64,000 bases of DNA from Eukaryota sp. TZLM1-RC. Taxonomy: Eukaryota; Protista; Metamonada: BaSk clade. Each line of letters opens with the position of its first letter. Position 1 is the stretch's first letter. The notes under the pieces were generated by a model. The model saw only the letters and a program-made list of their open reading frames with translations. It had not been told where the DNA came from and did not search any database. This document shows positions 47,942-61,311 of this stretch, piece after piece. The translations under genes were made by a program, and so were the position numbers. The stretch lies in the NCBI GenBank assembly GCA_040285825.1, contig JAUPSS010000001.1:3472001-3536000 (forward strand), written 5' to 3'.

Positions 47942-49919
47942 TTTTTTTTTATTTTTTTCTCCCTCCTTAGTCAACCCTCTCTCATATTTCACTTTCTGTC
48001 ACGGCGTCAAAGTCGTACTGTGTCTTTGCCAAAACGATGCCAGTGACTGACAGTGACTCTGATACTGATTGGAATGCCCAAGCAAAGATTCTACCCATCA
48101 GATCAAACTCATCCCCTTCACTTCTCCACTCTCCCCACCCTTCAAGCTATGCTCGAAATTCTTCTCAAAAAATTTGAAAATTTTTAAAAAGACTTTTTGC
48201 CTTTGTGTGATGCCCTGATATTACGCCTGAAAAAGTGCAAAAAGAAGACATACCTGTTCCAAATGTGGCAAGGTTGGTCATAACATTAGAAAATGTCCTG
48301 ATATTATTACCGAAAAAAATGAGACTGAAAACCAATATTTCTATTGTTAATAGTTTGCAAAACGCCATCCGAACTAAATCTTCCTCCTGTTCCCCAATGT
48401 TTCTGCTGATGATGTTAATTATGATTTAAATATTGATCAAACTCATTTACCAAAAACTGTTGCTCCTGATCCTACGGATAATGTCTTGAAACATAGTTGT
48501 CCTTTTTGCAAAAAGTTCCTCTCTAATTCTTCTAATGGTCGCCCCTCTATTGTTTTGTTTTTGACTGTCAAACAAGTGATTCTCTTCGTACACCTGTTAA
48601 AAATTCCTGTAGAGGTGAGTCCTGCCAGTTCTGTTCCTTTGTCAATGGAAATGCGTTCTTTTTCTTCGCAATTGAAATTAAACAAATGGAACATAACAAG
48701 ATTTTGGAAATTCTTTTGCCAAAAGAATAAGAAGAAAAATTAATTACAAACCAAAAACAGAGAAAAAGCTAATTCATCTTTTCAAGCAAAAATTGTTTTT
48801 GAGAGGTAGATATGGAAGCGGATTAAAAAATATTTTTCGGGAAAACTGGCTGATACCAATCTCGAAACTGTTGAAAAATTGAAATCCCTCCATCCAACTG
48901 AACATTTTTTGCCCCAGTAAGCCTTCTATTTGTCAATATTGGCTCGAAAAATCCATTTCAGGCTCACGAAGTATTGAATGCCGTTGCTAAATTACCAAAA
49001 GGAAAAGCTGCTGGTCCTTCAGGCATTTCCTTTGATTTTGTTAAAAACTGCCTGTAAAAATGCTCCTGAAATTGTTGAGGATCTTGCTTCCTATTTTTCA
49101 AAATTTAATGTGTTTAAATTATGTTCCTCCGCCTGAATTGACTGCTGCCCGTTTAGTTGCTTTAGTTAAACCTGGTAAAGGTGACAAACCTGATGGAGTT
49201 AGACCAATTGCTATTGGAGAGTCATTAACCAGTTTGCTTTCTTCGCTTATTTTTAACAGAATTTCTACTAAAGCAAGGGACTATTTGAAGCCTTTCCAAT
49301 TTGGTATAAAAACTGTTGAAGGTGCTTCTGTTGCTTCAATGACTTCAGATGTTTTTCAATAGTCAACAGCATCAATATATTTTCAATTTGGATTTCAAAA
49401 ATGCTTTCAATTCTGTGAAACGTAATTGTGTATTTTTGATGTCCTTCTTCATGATTTTCCTGAACTTACTGCATATTTTTATTTATTTTATGGAAAAATC
49501 AGACTTAATTTTTTTGACTCCTTTTACCCTTGAATCTTCTTCTGGTATGAAACAAGGTGATCCTCTAGGCCCTTTGCTGTTTTGTTTGGCTATTCATAAT
49601 ATTATTAAAATGACACAACAAGATTTCCCTGATTTGCGTATTGTTGCCTATATGGATGACATTTCTATTATTGGTTCTTTTTGAAAGCATTTCTAGGGTT
49701 TCTGAAGACATTGGTGGCGAAATACAAAGAAATTGGTTTAGCTTTGAACCCATCTAAATGTCTCTTGATTGGTAGAGAAAAACAATCTTTGATGATTGGT
49801 GGAGCTCAGATTCCTTTTATCAATTATGACCATCAAGCTTTTAAGTTTCTTGGATGTTGGCTTGGCAATTTGGATGAAATTTATTCCCAGTTAAACAATT
49901 TATTGGAGAAGTTTGACAA
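47942..49919 (+). mobile_element. 5' part of family B, cut by an opposite-strand A; repeated at 59310-61311
   Basis: T-run-CTCCCTCC, ATG 48037, RT motifs; breaks at gtttgacaa|tttt. Confidence 0.88.
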
Positions 49920-52900
49920 TTTTTTTTTTAAAAATTTAATTTTATTCTAAACCTATAAATCAACATCTAAAAATCCATCTCTCCCAAAACAAAAACACTA
50001 GATGCAACTCTCTCATAGTGAGATCCAAGAGAAAGCAAAGCATCAGAAACCATCTTCAACATCCCTTAAAAATAGAGAACACAATTCTATTTTTGCCCAA
50101 AACAATCTGTTGAAATTCTGCCAGTTCTTCTCTTTACAATCATTTCAAAATCATCCAAAAACGTAAAAGCAGTTGGTGCAAGTGAACCAAAAAGGGAAAA
50201 TACAAATGGATACAAATTGTATTTTTGCATGCTGTAGACTGGCCGATTTGGACAAAGGTTCATTGTATTTTTGAATTTAAAATTTTCAGCATTTGAAAGG
50301 GGATTATGAATTTCAGAATTAACAAGCCTTTCATTTGAGGCATTACAAGGATCAACAGACATTACATCCAATAAAATGAAGCTTTCCATCTAATCCAGGT
50401 AATATGACATCACTCTATTATTCTTATGAAAATCATTTTCAGCATCAAACAGATTTGACAACAAAGGTTCCAAGAAGGATTCAATTCTATGAGATTTACA
50501 CATACAATATAACTGGTCTCTTACAGCATCATGAACCTTGCTTCTAAAAAGTAATAAAATGTTTACAATTTAACAAATGAGTAGTTGTAATTTCTCGAGA
50601 ACATTTACAAATTAAATTATGAGGTAAATTATCAGGCCAGATAAAGGAACGAAATCTCATATTCAGAGTCCAAGCAGAATCGGATAAGAGAGTACCATAA
50701 ACTTGTGGAATTGTTGTTACTAAGGCAGAAGAAGTACTGTCACACATATCTTGTAAAAAGATTTGCAAAAGCTGGGATTCTTTTTCTTTCTGGCCAAGCC
50801 AAGTCTAACATCAAAATCCAAGCTTTCAAAAATCTTTGACAATTTTTGTTGAAGCTTTTTACAGCAAAACTGTAAATTAAATAGAGATCGGTTTGGAATT
50901 TCTTGAATTGATTGAGGAAAACATTTGGTCCAAATTTGTGGCGGTAATTTTTCAAGTTCACAAGATAACTCATACAAATAGGGACTACAATTGGGGACTA
51001 ACAGATGAGAATCATCAGGAAATCTACGAGAAAAATTCTATAAATAAAATTTTTTGCCACCACCCAAGAATGCTGATTGACACAAAATTGAAGATTTAGT
51101 AAATCCAATACTCCCCAAATTTGCTGAAGAAAATAAATGGCTTTTTCAACATTCCTGGTTCTACATCCAATAAATCAGCAAAAAAATTCTGTTCTCAATG
51201 AATTAAAAAAGAACGACAAAAAAATCTAATGCTATGGAAGGAGCACAAGATCTCAAAATGTGGGTTATTCTCCCAGTGTAGCAAATTTTAAGCATAAAAA
51301 AATTTAATATGCTTTTTCTATATCTAAAGAAGAAATTGAATCAAGTTCAATTTTCATTTTTTCCAAATAACTTGCAATTCATTCTGAATTTGAGGCACAT
51401 TTCCTAACCAACAACCAAGGAACTTAAAAGCATCACTACTATAATTAGTAAAAGGACAATAGAATCGTTTATCACGAGGTCTTGAGCAGAAGAGCCAATC
51501 AGAAGGCATTTGCTGGCATTAAGATGAAGCCTAATATTTTCATATGAATCGGCAATTTCTTGAGCAACCAATTCTAGTAAATCAAATGAACCAATCAAGG
51601 ATATATCATCCATATAAGCAACTATTTTTATAGAAGGGTATTTTTGCTTAATGATATTTAAAAAGTTTTGTGAATAGCCAAACAAAAACAATAATGGACC
51701 TAAAAGGGTCACCTTGCTTCACACCAGAAGATGATTTAAGAGCAAATGAATTAAAATTAAATCTGGATTCTTTACCATAAAAATGGTAGAAAAAAACTCG
51801 ATAGCTCAGGAAAATCAGATTTAATAACTTCAAAAATTGCTTCTCGCTTTACAGAATTAAAAGCATTTTTAAAGTCGAGATTAAAAATAAAATTATTTTT
51901 CCCTCTGCATTAAAAAGGTATCAGAGGCAATAGCAGCAACAGAAGCACCATCAATTGTGTTGATTCCAAATTGATGAGGATTCAAAAATGTAGAGGCTTT
52001 GTCTTTGACACGATCGAAGACAATTGATGCCAGCAAACGAGAAAGAGATTCACCAACAGCAATTGGGCGTATTCCATCAGGTTTGATTCCGTTTCCAGGC
52101 TTTACTAAAAGCAATCAGACGTGCTGCGAGCAATTCAAATGGAGGATTTATTTTCAAAACAATTAATTGTTGAAAAATAGTGGGCTAGATCATCAGCAAT
52201 TTCGGGAGCACTGGAACACGCTATTTTTAAGAGATCAAAAAGAAATTCCAGATGGGCCTGCTGCTTTCCCCCTTAGGTAATTTTTGAATAGCTTTAAGAA
52301 CCTCAATTGCAGTAATAGGATTTTTCAATCCAAAAGGACACACTTCAGGCTTGCTGCACTTGAAATTTTTCTTGAGGATGCAACTTTTGGAGTTTTTCAA
52401 GGGTATCAGAGTTTACATCAGCCAAAGAAGAGGAAAAACAAAGACTGCTTTTGCGGCACCATAACGACCACGTAAGCACAATTTTTCGGCAAATTTTTGA
52501 TTTTACAATTTTTCTATTTCCAAAATTTTTCTTAAAACAATTTTTGTTTTTTTCTAGCAAAAATATTTCCAGAAGGATGAAATATTCCACTTATTATTTT
52601 TTAATTCAGAAGTAAAATTTCTCATTTCCATTGAGCAGGGGATTGTGCTGGCGGGACTTATTTCTACTGGGATCCGGATCAGGGGGTCTTACGGTATCAA
52701 CGGCTTTTACAATTCGTACAAAACAGAAGTTTTCGACCATTTCGTGAATCTGCAACATTTTTGCAAAATGGACAACAAAAATTACTGTTTTCAGAAGGGG
52801 AAGAAGAGGGAACACTAGAAGCATTTAACTGTTGATCGTCAGAAACATTATTTTTCAGCACCTTTCACAACGGCAACAGCTGGAACAGAACATTTGAGAA

Positions 52901-53436
52901 TTTGTTGAGCAGATTTTTAATTCAAATTCTCTTTTTGTTTCTCAGGGCACGTTCTCGAATTATGACCACTGATACCACAAATCGAACATTTTTTTAGAAC
53001 CTTTTTAATGGCAGTGGTTTCATTTTTCAGTTCTTTCAATTTTGTCAATTTTTTTGAGTTAAAAGTAGAAATAGACTTTTGACTTTTTGCAGTTTCAGCT
53101 GGAGAAAACAAATTTCGAGAAACGGAGTTGTTAATAGAACGCGCAACAGAACGCAAGGAACGTAATGGTGGTTTTTCTGTGTTTTTTCTGGTACAATGAT
53201 CAGTTTTTGAATGAAAATTTTTGAGATGAATTTCGAGCATAGCTTGTATTGTGGGGAGAGTGGGGAAGTGGAATGGATGAGCTTGATCTGACTGGTAGAA
53301 TCTTTGCTTGGGCGTTCCAATCAGTATCAGAGTCACTATCAGCCAAAAGGCATCGTTTTGACAGAGAAACAGTACGACTTTGACGCCTTGACAGAAAGTG
53401 AAATATGAAAGGGTTGACTAAGGGAGGGAGAAAAAA
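49920..53436 (-). mobile_element. Full-length family A element (hybrid flanks: B left, C right)
   Basis: Collinear with 38624-42122; many homopolymer indels. Confidence 0.88.
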
Positions 53437-56400
53437 TCCATTCAAAAGAAAAATTTTTCATACCACCAATAAAAAGCACTTTTGCATAAATACTCTGCTT
53501 TTGAAAAACCAACTCCACCAAATTTGGACTAAAAAAATGCATGATAAGGAATTTTTAGATGGACAAACTTCTACTAAATTTCCTAAGAAATTTGTTCTCA
53601 AAGTATTGAATTGACGTGCAAAAATCATGAGAAATTGTGGGAGATAAAGAACGAAGAAGATGATTAATTTTTGATCCAAAACACACATTTAGGGACCGAA
53701 AAACGCTAAATGTTTGTCAATTTCTAGATCTTGAATAGCCAAAAGTTGCTCTTCGATTTTTCCAAAATACCTGACAAAAATCGATTTAACTTTTTCACTA
53801 TTTCCAAAATAAGATCCAAGAAACCGAATAGCATCTTCCTCGTAATCAACGTATTTGATAAAAGTTTCATTAAATGCCACCTCCGCATGCTGATTACCAA
53901 TAATGAAACACTTGGGCAATTTAATGTCTAACCCTATTTGTTTGGCCAGAAAAACAAAATGTTGTAAACCGTGTTGTAAAAAGAGACAAAGGGCCAATAA
54001 GTGATAAATCATCTGCATAAGCACAAATATGAATGTCAGGAAAAATCCGACTTAAATTTTACCAAAACTGATTGCAGTGCTAGGCAAAAGAGAAAAATGG
54101 ACCCAATGGATCCCCTTGTTTGACCCCTCTTGACGAAACAATATTCTCAGAATGAAAAAAATTAAGTTAGAGGGTGATCCATACATCAATTTAAAAATAC
54201 GGCAAAAGTGAAGGATAGTGTAGTTCAAGTTCTTGCAAAAATACTGGAGCGAAAAACGGAGTTGAAAGCATTTTTTTAAAATCAATGTTCAATAAATAAT
54301 TTTCGCCTTTTTGATTGAAAAGTAAATCTGTACACAACGCAGCACATGTTGTGCCATCAGAATTCCGATAGCAAACTGATAAGGACGAAAATAATTAATT
54401 GCGGATGACTTAACTCTTTTAAAAGAAATAATTGCTAATAATCTCGTTATGGACTCACCAACAGCAATAGGTCTGACACCACCTCCAGGCTTATTTAAAG
54501 CAACTAAACGAGATGCCATTAACGCTTGTGGTAACTTGAAACGTCCCATGATGACACTATTAAAAAAAGAAAAACTAAAATCATCCACGATTTCTGGACA
54601 TATGTTGACTGCGGACTTCAAATGATCATAACTAAGTCCAGAAGGCCCAGCAGAACGACCAGACGGAAGTCCTTTAATAGCTACACTAACTTCATCACAA
54701 GTGATAGGATTAGCAGTGAAGAAATCACGTTCATTATCAGAGACAATGTGATTTATGGTGAAGTCTTCAGGTGGATGAAGAGAATTTAAAGAATCCAATG
54801 TTTCATCATTGAAGGCAGCAGGAGAAGAACCAGCCAATAATTTAAGTGCTGAAGAGTATTGTGAACGAAGAATCAAAGACTCAAAGCGCTTTTTTGACAT
54901 TTTCTAGATTGTGGAACCGACTTCTATATTTAGATTTCTTGTGTAAAGACATAGCCTTAGAAAGAAAAAAATTTCCAAAAAAATCGAAGGGATTCCAAAA
55001 TGCCCTTCGAAGAGAGAAGGTTAAAGATCGAATAACTGTTGCAAGAGAAGACGAATGAGCAGGAGAAACGAATTGAGGGATTGCAAATGGAGGTCTACAA
55101 GGATCAATTGGCGTGCAAGAGTCACAAACCAAAAAGAGGTCGACCCGAAAACATTGAATCCAGAAACTGGAGAACAACAGAACAAACATGATTTTGTATT
55201 ACTACTGACTGAAGACGAATGAAGTATATGTGGAGGCTCAATAGACTCAATAAGTGAAGATAATGATGCCAATACAGCTTCATCTGACAAAACTTTTTCG
55301 CCGAGGACATGTTGTTTTTGTGTGACCAACAGTTTTTGCACAAAGAACAGGTAGTCACAGAATTCTTAGGGCGTCCTCTAGAAGGTTTTTGAAGTAACTG
55401 ACTTTGGAGGCATAGATAAGCATGGAGGGAGAAAAAAAATTTTATTTATTTTTATTCAACAACAAATATGAAATACACAATTAAAACTCCACATCCTCAA
55501 AACCTGCCTCCCCTACATCAAAACAATTAATCGCTAAAGATTCAGAAAATTTCCCAAAAAGAAGATAGTGAATCAGAAATTAGTGTTACCATTCCTTTAA
55601 AAAAATAGAAAATACAATCCTGTTTTGCCAGTAAACACGATTGAAAAATTCTTCCAGTTCTTTCCTTTACAACTACAACAAAAATCCTCAAAGAAAGCCA
55701 TAGCAGCCTTACCTAGAGATCCAAGCAAAGAAAAACAAATGGACATAAATTATATTGGGCATGAGAATTTTTCATTAACCGAGGAAATGGGTTTCGCATA
55801 TTTAGCAATTTTTATATTTTTTTCGCCTGCAAGAAGAGGATTATTTACATCCGAGTTAATGAAATGTTCGTTAGAGGAATTATAAGGGGTCAATAGACAT
55901 GGCGTCCAAAAATAGTAAAACTACCATTTAAAACCAGGAACAACTAGATCACCTCTAGTCAGACCCATAGAAGCTCTGTTGTAACGCGTACTATCAATAT
56001 TGGGATCATCAAGAATTAATTTTGATAACAGCGGTTCTAAAAAGGAATCTACACGATATGATTTGCACATTACATAAATTTGGTCCCTGACGTTATTATG
56101 CACTTTGCTTCTAAACGTAATAAAATGTTTACAGTTCAAAAAGATGAGTAAACAAAAGAGGTTTACCACATTTACAAGTTAAATGATTGGGCAAAATTGT
56201 TTGGCCACAGAAAACAACGAAAACGCATGTTTAGAAGCCATTCATTGTCTTTTTAACAAAAGTCCATAAACAGAAAAAAAGTTTGTTATTCTGGAAAATT
56301 TACTTTATATTTTGAAATCAACATCACCATCAATTTCTTTTTGAGTTTTGTCGAATTTTTTAATGAACAGAGAACCAATTTTTAGCAAAAAATTATTTAG

Positions 56401-59400
56401 TAATTTTTCCAGCATAACAATTTTCAAAAGAAAAAAACTTAAGATGTTTTTTTCCAATTCAAGAGTCTTTATGACTTTTAGCTCTTTTTAATTGAATTTA
56501 AATAATTTTCAAGGCTGTCAAGTGTCTTTTCGGCGGAACCTAAATAGCAACCCAGAAAGCAGAAACTAGTTTTACTCATTTACTGCGAATCCTACTGCCT
56601 TTGTCCAAATTGGCCAGTCTACAGCATGCAAAATACAATTTTGTATCCATTTGTATTTTTTCCCTTTTTGGTTCACTTGCACCAACTGCTTTTACGTTTT
56701 TTGGATGATTTTGAAATGATTGTAAAGAGAAGAACTGGCAGAAATTTCAACAGATTGTTTTGGCAAAATAGAATTGTGTTTTCTATTTTTAAGGGGATGT
56801 TGAAGATGGTTTCTGATGCTTTGCTTTCTCTTGGATCTCACTATGAGAGAGTTGCATCTAGTGTTTTTGTTTTGGGAGAGATGGATTTTTTTAGATGTTG
56901 ATTTATTGTTTTGGAATAAAAATTAATTTTTTAAAAAATTCATTTTACTGCGATCATTACCTCCATCCCTAAAAATATTTGACCAAAGCTGCATTTTATT
57001 GGTGGTGGAAAAAAATTTTTGTATTTGAATTCTCTAGAAGATATCCTTTTGCCGAAAAATCTTCTTGAAAAATACAAATAGCATATTCCTGGATAACTTA
57101 AGAGAAGAAATATCCAGTTTATCTCCCGACTTATGGCAATCATGTTTCCCCATATCCATTCAAGAAATTCCAGACAGAAGTTTATATTCATTAAAATTTG
57201 CGTTGAAAAGCTCCAACGACATCTTTTGAAAAAAATTTTTGAAAACAAGGATTTTTATTGTTCGACTTAGCACGGCTAAGAAAGAAAAATCCTGCTTTTG
57301 CCAATTTTTTTGATTGATTTGAAGGACAGTTCTTCTGCAGTTTTGATAAATCAAATTCCCCAGATTTATGGTCTATTTTTTTGAATGACGACCAATGGAC
57401 CACTGCTATGAGAATGCGTTGTTATTTATGGCCTTGTAATTTGCCCAATGATTTGTTTTGTAAATGTGGAGCTGGTTTGACATTATCACATTTATTTAAT
57501 TGTAATAGATATATTTCCTATCGTTCTACGTTGCATGATGCAGTCAGAGATCAAATCCATGCAATGTGTAATTCCTATCATATTGAATCTTTTGTAGAAC
57601 CTTTGTTGAGGTCTCTTGATATAAATGAAAGCGTAAGAGATTCAGAATATGGAAAACGACGTGCTGATGTTGTTGTGCCCTCGTTTGATGATGTCATGAA
57701 TGTTGTTGATGTCGTAACAGTGGATGTATGCAAGAAAAAAATGCCTTGAAAAATGCTCAATCCGAAGTATCCCCCTTGATGACCTCGAATTGTACAAACG
57801 GAAAAAAAGTATGCAAATCCTTTAAAAAGAATTGAAACATGTTCGCCATGTAGATTACCAAATTTGCCCATTTGCTATATCGTTGTATGGTCGTCTTGGA
57901 AAAACTGCTTTGAATTTTTATTGATGATTTTGAAAATCTTGTAAAAAGAATGAATAAGCGTTTTTGATCGTCGCTTGTGGCTAAATCGTATTATGAATTT
58001 GTGAATCGTTTTCCTGAAAAAAATTCATCTCATTGAAAAAATTGTGGCAGCTCCTATCTTATTTCTTTGCAACAGGAAATTGAAACTCTTTCACCCAATA
58101 TTTGGGCTAAATGTTTTCCCCTCTGATATTGTGGAACTTCCTTCAGAAGCTTGCTCTCCTTACCATTGACTTTTGCAAAATTGCAGAAAAAATTTTGAAA
58201 GTTTTAGAAAACTTGGATTATATTGTACGTCTTAGCTTGGCTAAGGAAAAAAATCCCGTTTTTGCAAACTTTTTGATTGATCTTGATGACAGTTGCTCAA
58301 GTTGCTTAATCTCCCAAATTCCCAACATTTACGGCCTTCTACTTAATGATCACCAATGGACCACTGCAATGAGATTGAGATGTTTTCTATGGCCTTGCTC
58401 ATTGCCAAAATGATTTAATTTGTCGCTGCAAGAGTGTTGTTACGCTTTTCCCATATTTTAAACTGTAAGTATTTCATAACTTATCGCTCACTTGTTCATG
58501 ACTCAGTTCGTGATCAATTATATGCCATGTGCAAAAGTTTTCAATATAGAGGCATTTATTGAGCCACTAGTACGTAAGCTGTCTTCAGATCAAACTGATG
58601 ATTCCTTTGGTAAAAGAAGGGCAGATTTAGTAGCTCCAGGGATCGATGGTGTTCTCAATGTTGTAGACGTTGTCTCAGTGGATGTTTGCAAAAATTCTGC
58701 TGCTCGTTTAGTGTATTCCGCTGACTCGCCGTTATCTAACGCCGAAAAAGAAGATAAAAAAATATGAAGAACCTTTGGCACAGTTAGGTAGAGTGGAACA
58801 TGTGAAATATCAGTTTGTGCCGTTTGCAATTTCTCTTTTTGGCAATATTGGACCTTCAGGCTTGCACTGTTTGGAAAATTTTAAAAAGTGTTACTGAATA
58901 GGTCTGGTAAAACAATGAACTCCACTTTCTGGTTAAATAGAATTGTTTTTTTGCATTTTCAAGTCTATTCCAACAATGATTTCAAAGGCACTTTTAGCTA
59001 TTGGTGTAGAATATGAACGTAATGCTGTGAGTAGGTTCAGTAATAGTGACGCTTGTTTGGAGGATATTGAATTATAGATGGTTATTTTTTATCTCAATAA
59101 ATAAATAAATAAATAAAAAAATCGTATTGTTTTTTTACTATTTTTCAAATCAATTCCTAAAATGATTTCGAAAGCTTTTAATGTCTGTCAGTGCACATTA
59201 TGAAAAACATTGCTGCTGTAAGGTTTGATGGTGTGGAAGCTTGTTTTTGAAGATATTGACTTTTAGTCTGTGGTTTTTGAAAAATAAATTAAAAATTAAA
59301 TTAAAAAAATTTTTTATATTTTTTCTCCCTCCCTTAGTCAACCCTCTCATATTTCACTTTCTGTCACGGCGTCAAAGTCGTACTGTGTCTTTGCCAAAAC

Positions 59401-61311
59401 GATGCCAGTGACTGACAGTGACTCTGATACTGATTGGAATGCCCAAGCAAAGATTCTACCCATCAGATCAAACTCATCCCCTTCACTTCTCCACTCTCCC
59501 CACCCTTCAAGCTATGCTCGAAATTCTTCTCAAAAAAATTTGAAAATTTTTAAAAAGACTTTTTGCCTTTGTGTGATGCCCCTGATATTACGCCTGAAAA
59601 AGTGCAAAAAGAAGACATACCTGTTCCAAATGTGGCAAGGTTGGTCATAACATTAGAAAAATGTCCTGATATTATTACCGAAAAAAATGAGACTGAAAAC
59701 CAATATTTCTATTGTTAATAGTTTGCAAACGCCATCCGAACTAAATCTTCCTCCTGTTCCCAATGTTTCTGCTGATGATGTTAATTATGATTTAAATATT
59801 GATCAAACTCATTTACCAAAAACTGTTGCTCCTGATCCTACGGATAATGTCTTGAAACATAGTTGTCCTTTTTGCAAAAAAAGTTCCTCTCTAATTCTTC
59901 TAATGGTCGCCCTCTATTGTTTTTGTTTTTGACTGTCAAACAAGTGATTCTCTTCGTACACCCTGTTAAAATTCCTGTAGAGGTGAGTCCTGCCAGTTCT
60001 GTTCCTTTTGTCAATGGAAATGCGTTCTTTTTCTTCGCAATTGAAATTAAACAAATGGAACATAACAAGATTTTTGGAAATTCTTTGCCAAAAAGAATAA
60101 GAAGAAAATTAATTACAAACCAAAAACAGAGAAAAGCTAATTCATCTTTTTCAAGCAAAAAAATTGTTTTTTTGAGAGGTAGATATGGAAGCGGATTAAA
60201 AAAATATTTTTTTCGGGAAAACTGGCTGATACCAATCTCGAAACTGTTGAAAAAAATTGAAAATCCCTCCATCCAACTGAACATTTTTTGCCCCAGTAAG
60301 CCTTCTATTTGTCAATATTGGCTCGAAAAATCCATTTCAGGCTCACGAAGTATTGAATGCCGTTGCTAAATTACCAAAAGGGAAAAGCTGCTGGTCCTTC
60401 AGGCATTTCCTTTGATTTGTTAAAAACTGCCTGTAAAAAAATGCTCCTGAAATTGTTGAGGATCTTGCTTCCCTATTTTTCAAAAATTTAATGTGTTTAA
60501 ATTATGTTCCTCCGCCTGAATTGACTGCTGCCCGTTTAGTTGCTTTTAGTTAAACCTGGTAAAGGTGACAAACCTGATGGAGTTAGACCAATTGCTATTG
60601 GAGAGTCATTAACCAGTTTGCTTTTCTTCGCTTATTTTTAACAGAATTTCTACTAAAAGCAAGGGACTATTTGAAGCCTTTCCAATTTGGTATAAAAACT
60701 GTTGAAGGTGCTTCTGTTGCTTCAATGACTTCAGATGTTTTTTTCAATAGTCAACAGCATCAATATATTTTTCAATTTTGGATTTCAAAAATGCTTTCAA
60801 TTCTGTGAAACGTAATTGTATTTTTTTGATGTCCTTCTTCATGATTTTCCTGAACTTACTGCATATTTTTTTATTTATTTTTATGGAAAAATCAGACTTA
60901 ATTTTTTTGACTCCTTTACCCTTGAATCTTCTTCTGGTATGAAACAAGGTGATCCTCTAGGCCCTTTGCTGTTTTGTTTTGGCTATTCATAATATTATTA
61001 AAATGACACAACAAGATTTCCCTGATTTGCGTATTGTTGCCTATATGGATGACATTTCTATTATTGGTTCTTTTGAAAGCATTTCTAGGGTTTCTGAAGA
61101 CATTGCGGCGAAATACAAAGAAATTGGTTTAGCTTTGAACCCATCTAAATGTCTCTTGATTGGTAGAGAAAAACAATCTTTGATGATTGGTGGAGCTCAG
61201 ATTCCTTTTTATCAATTATGACCATCAAGCTTTTAAGTTTCTTGGATGTTGGCTTGGCAATTTGGATGAAATTTATTCCCAGTTAAACAATTTATTGGAG
61301 AAGTTTGACAA

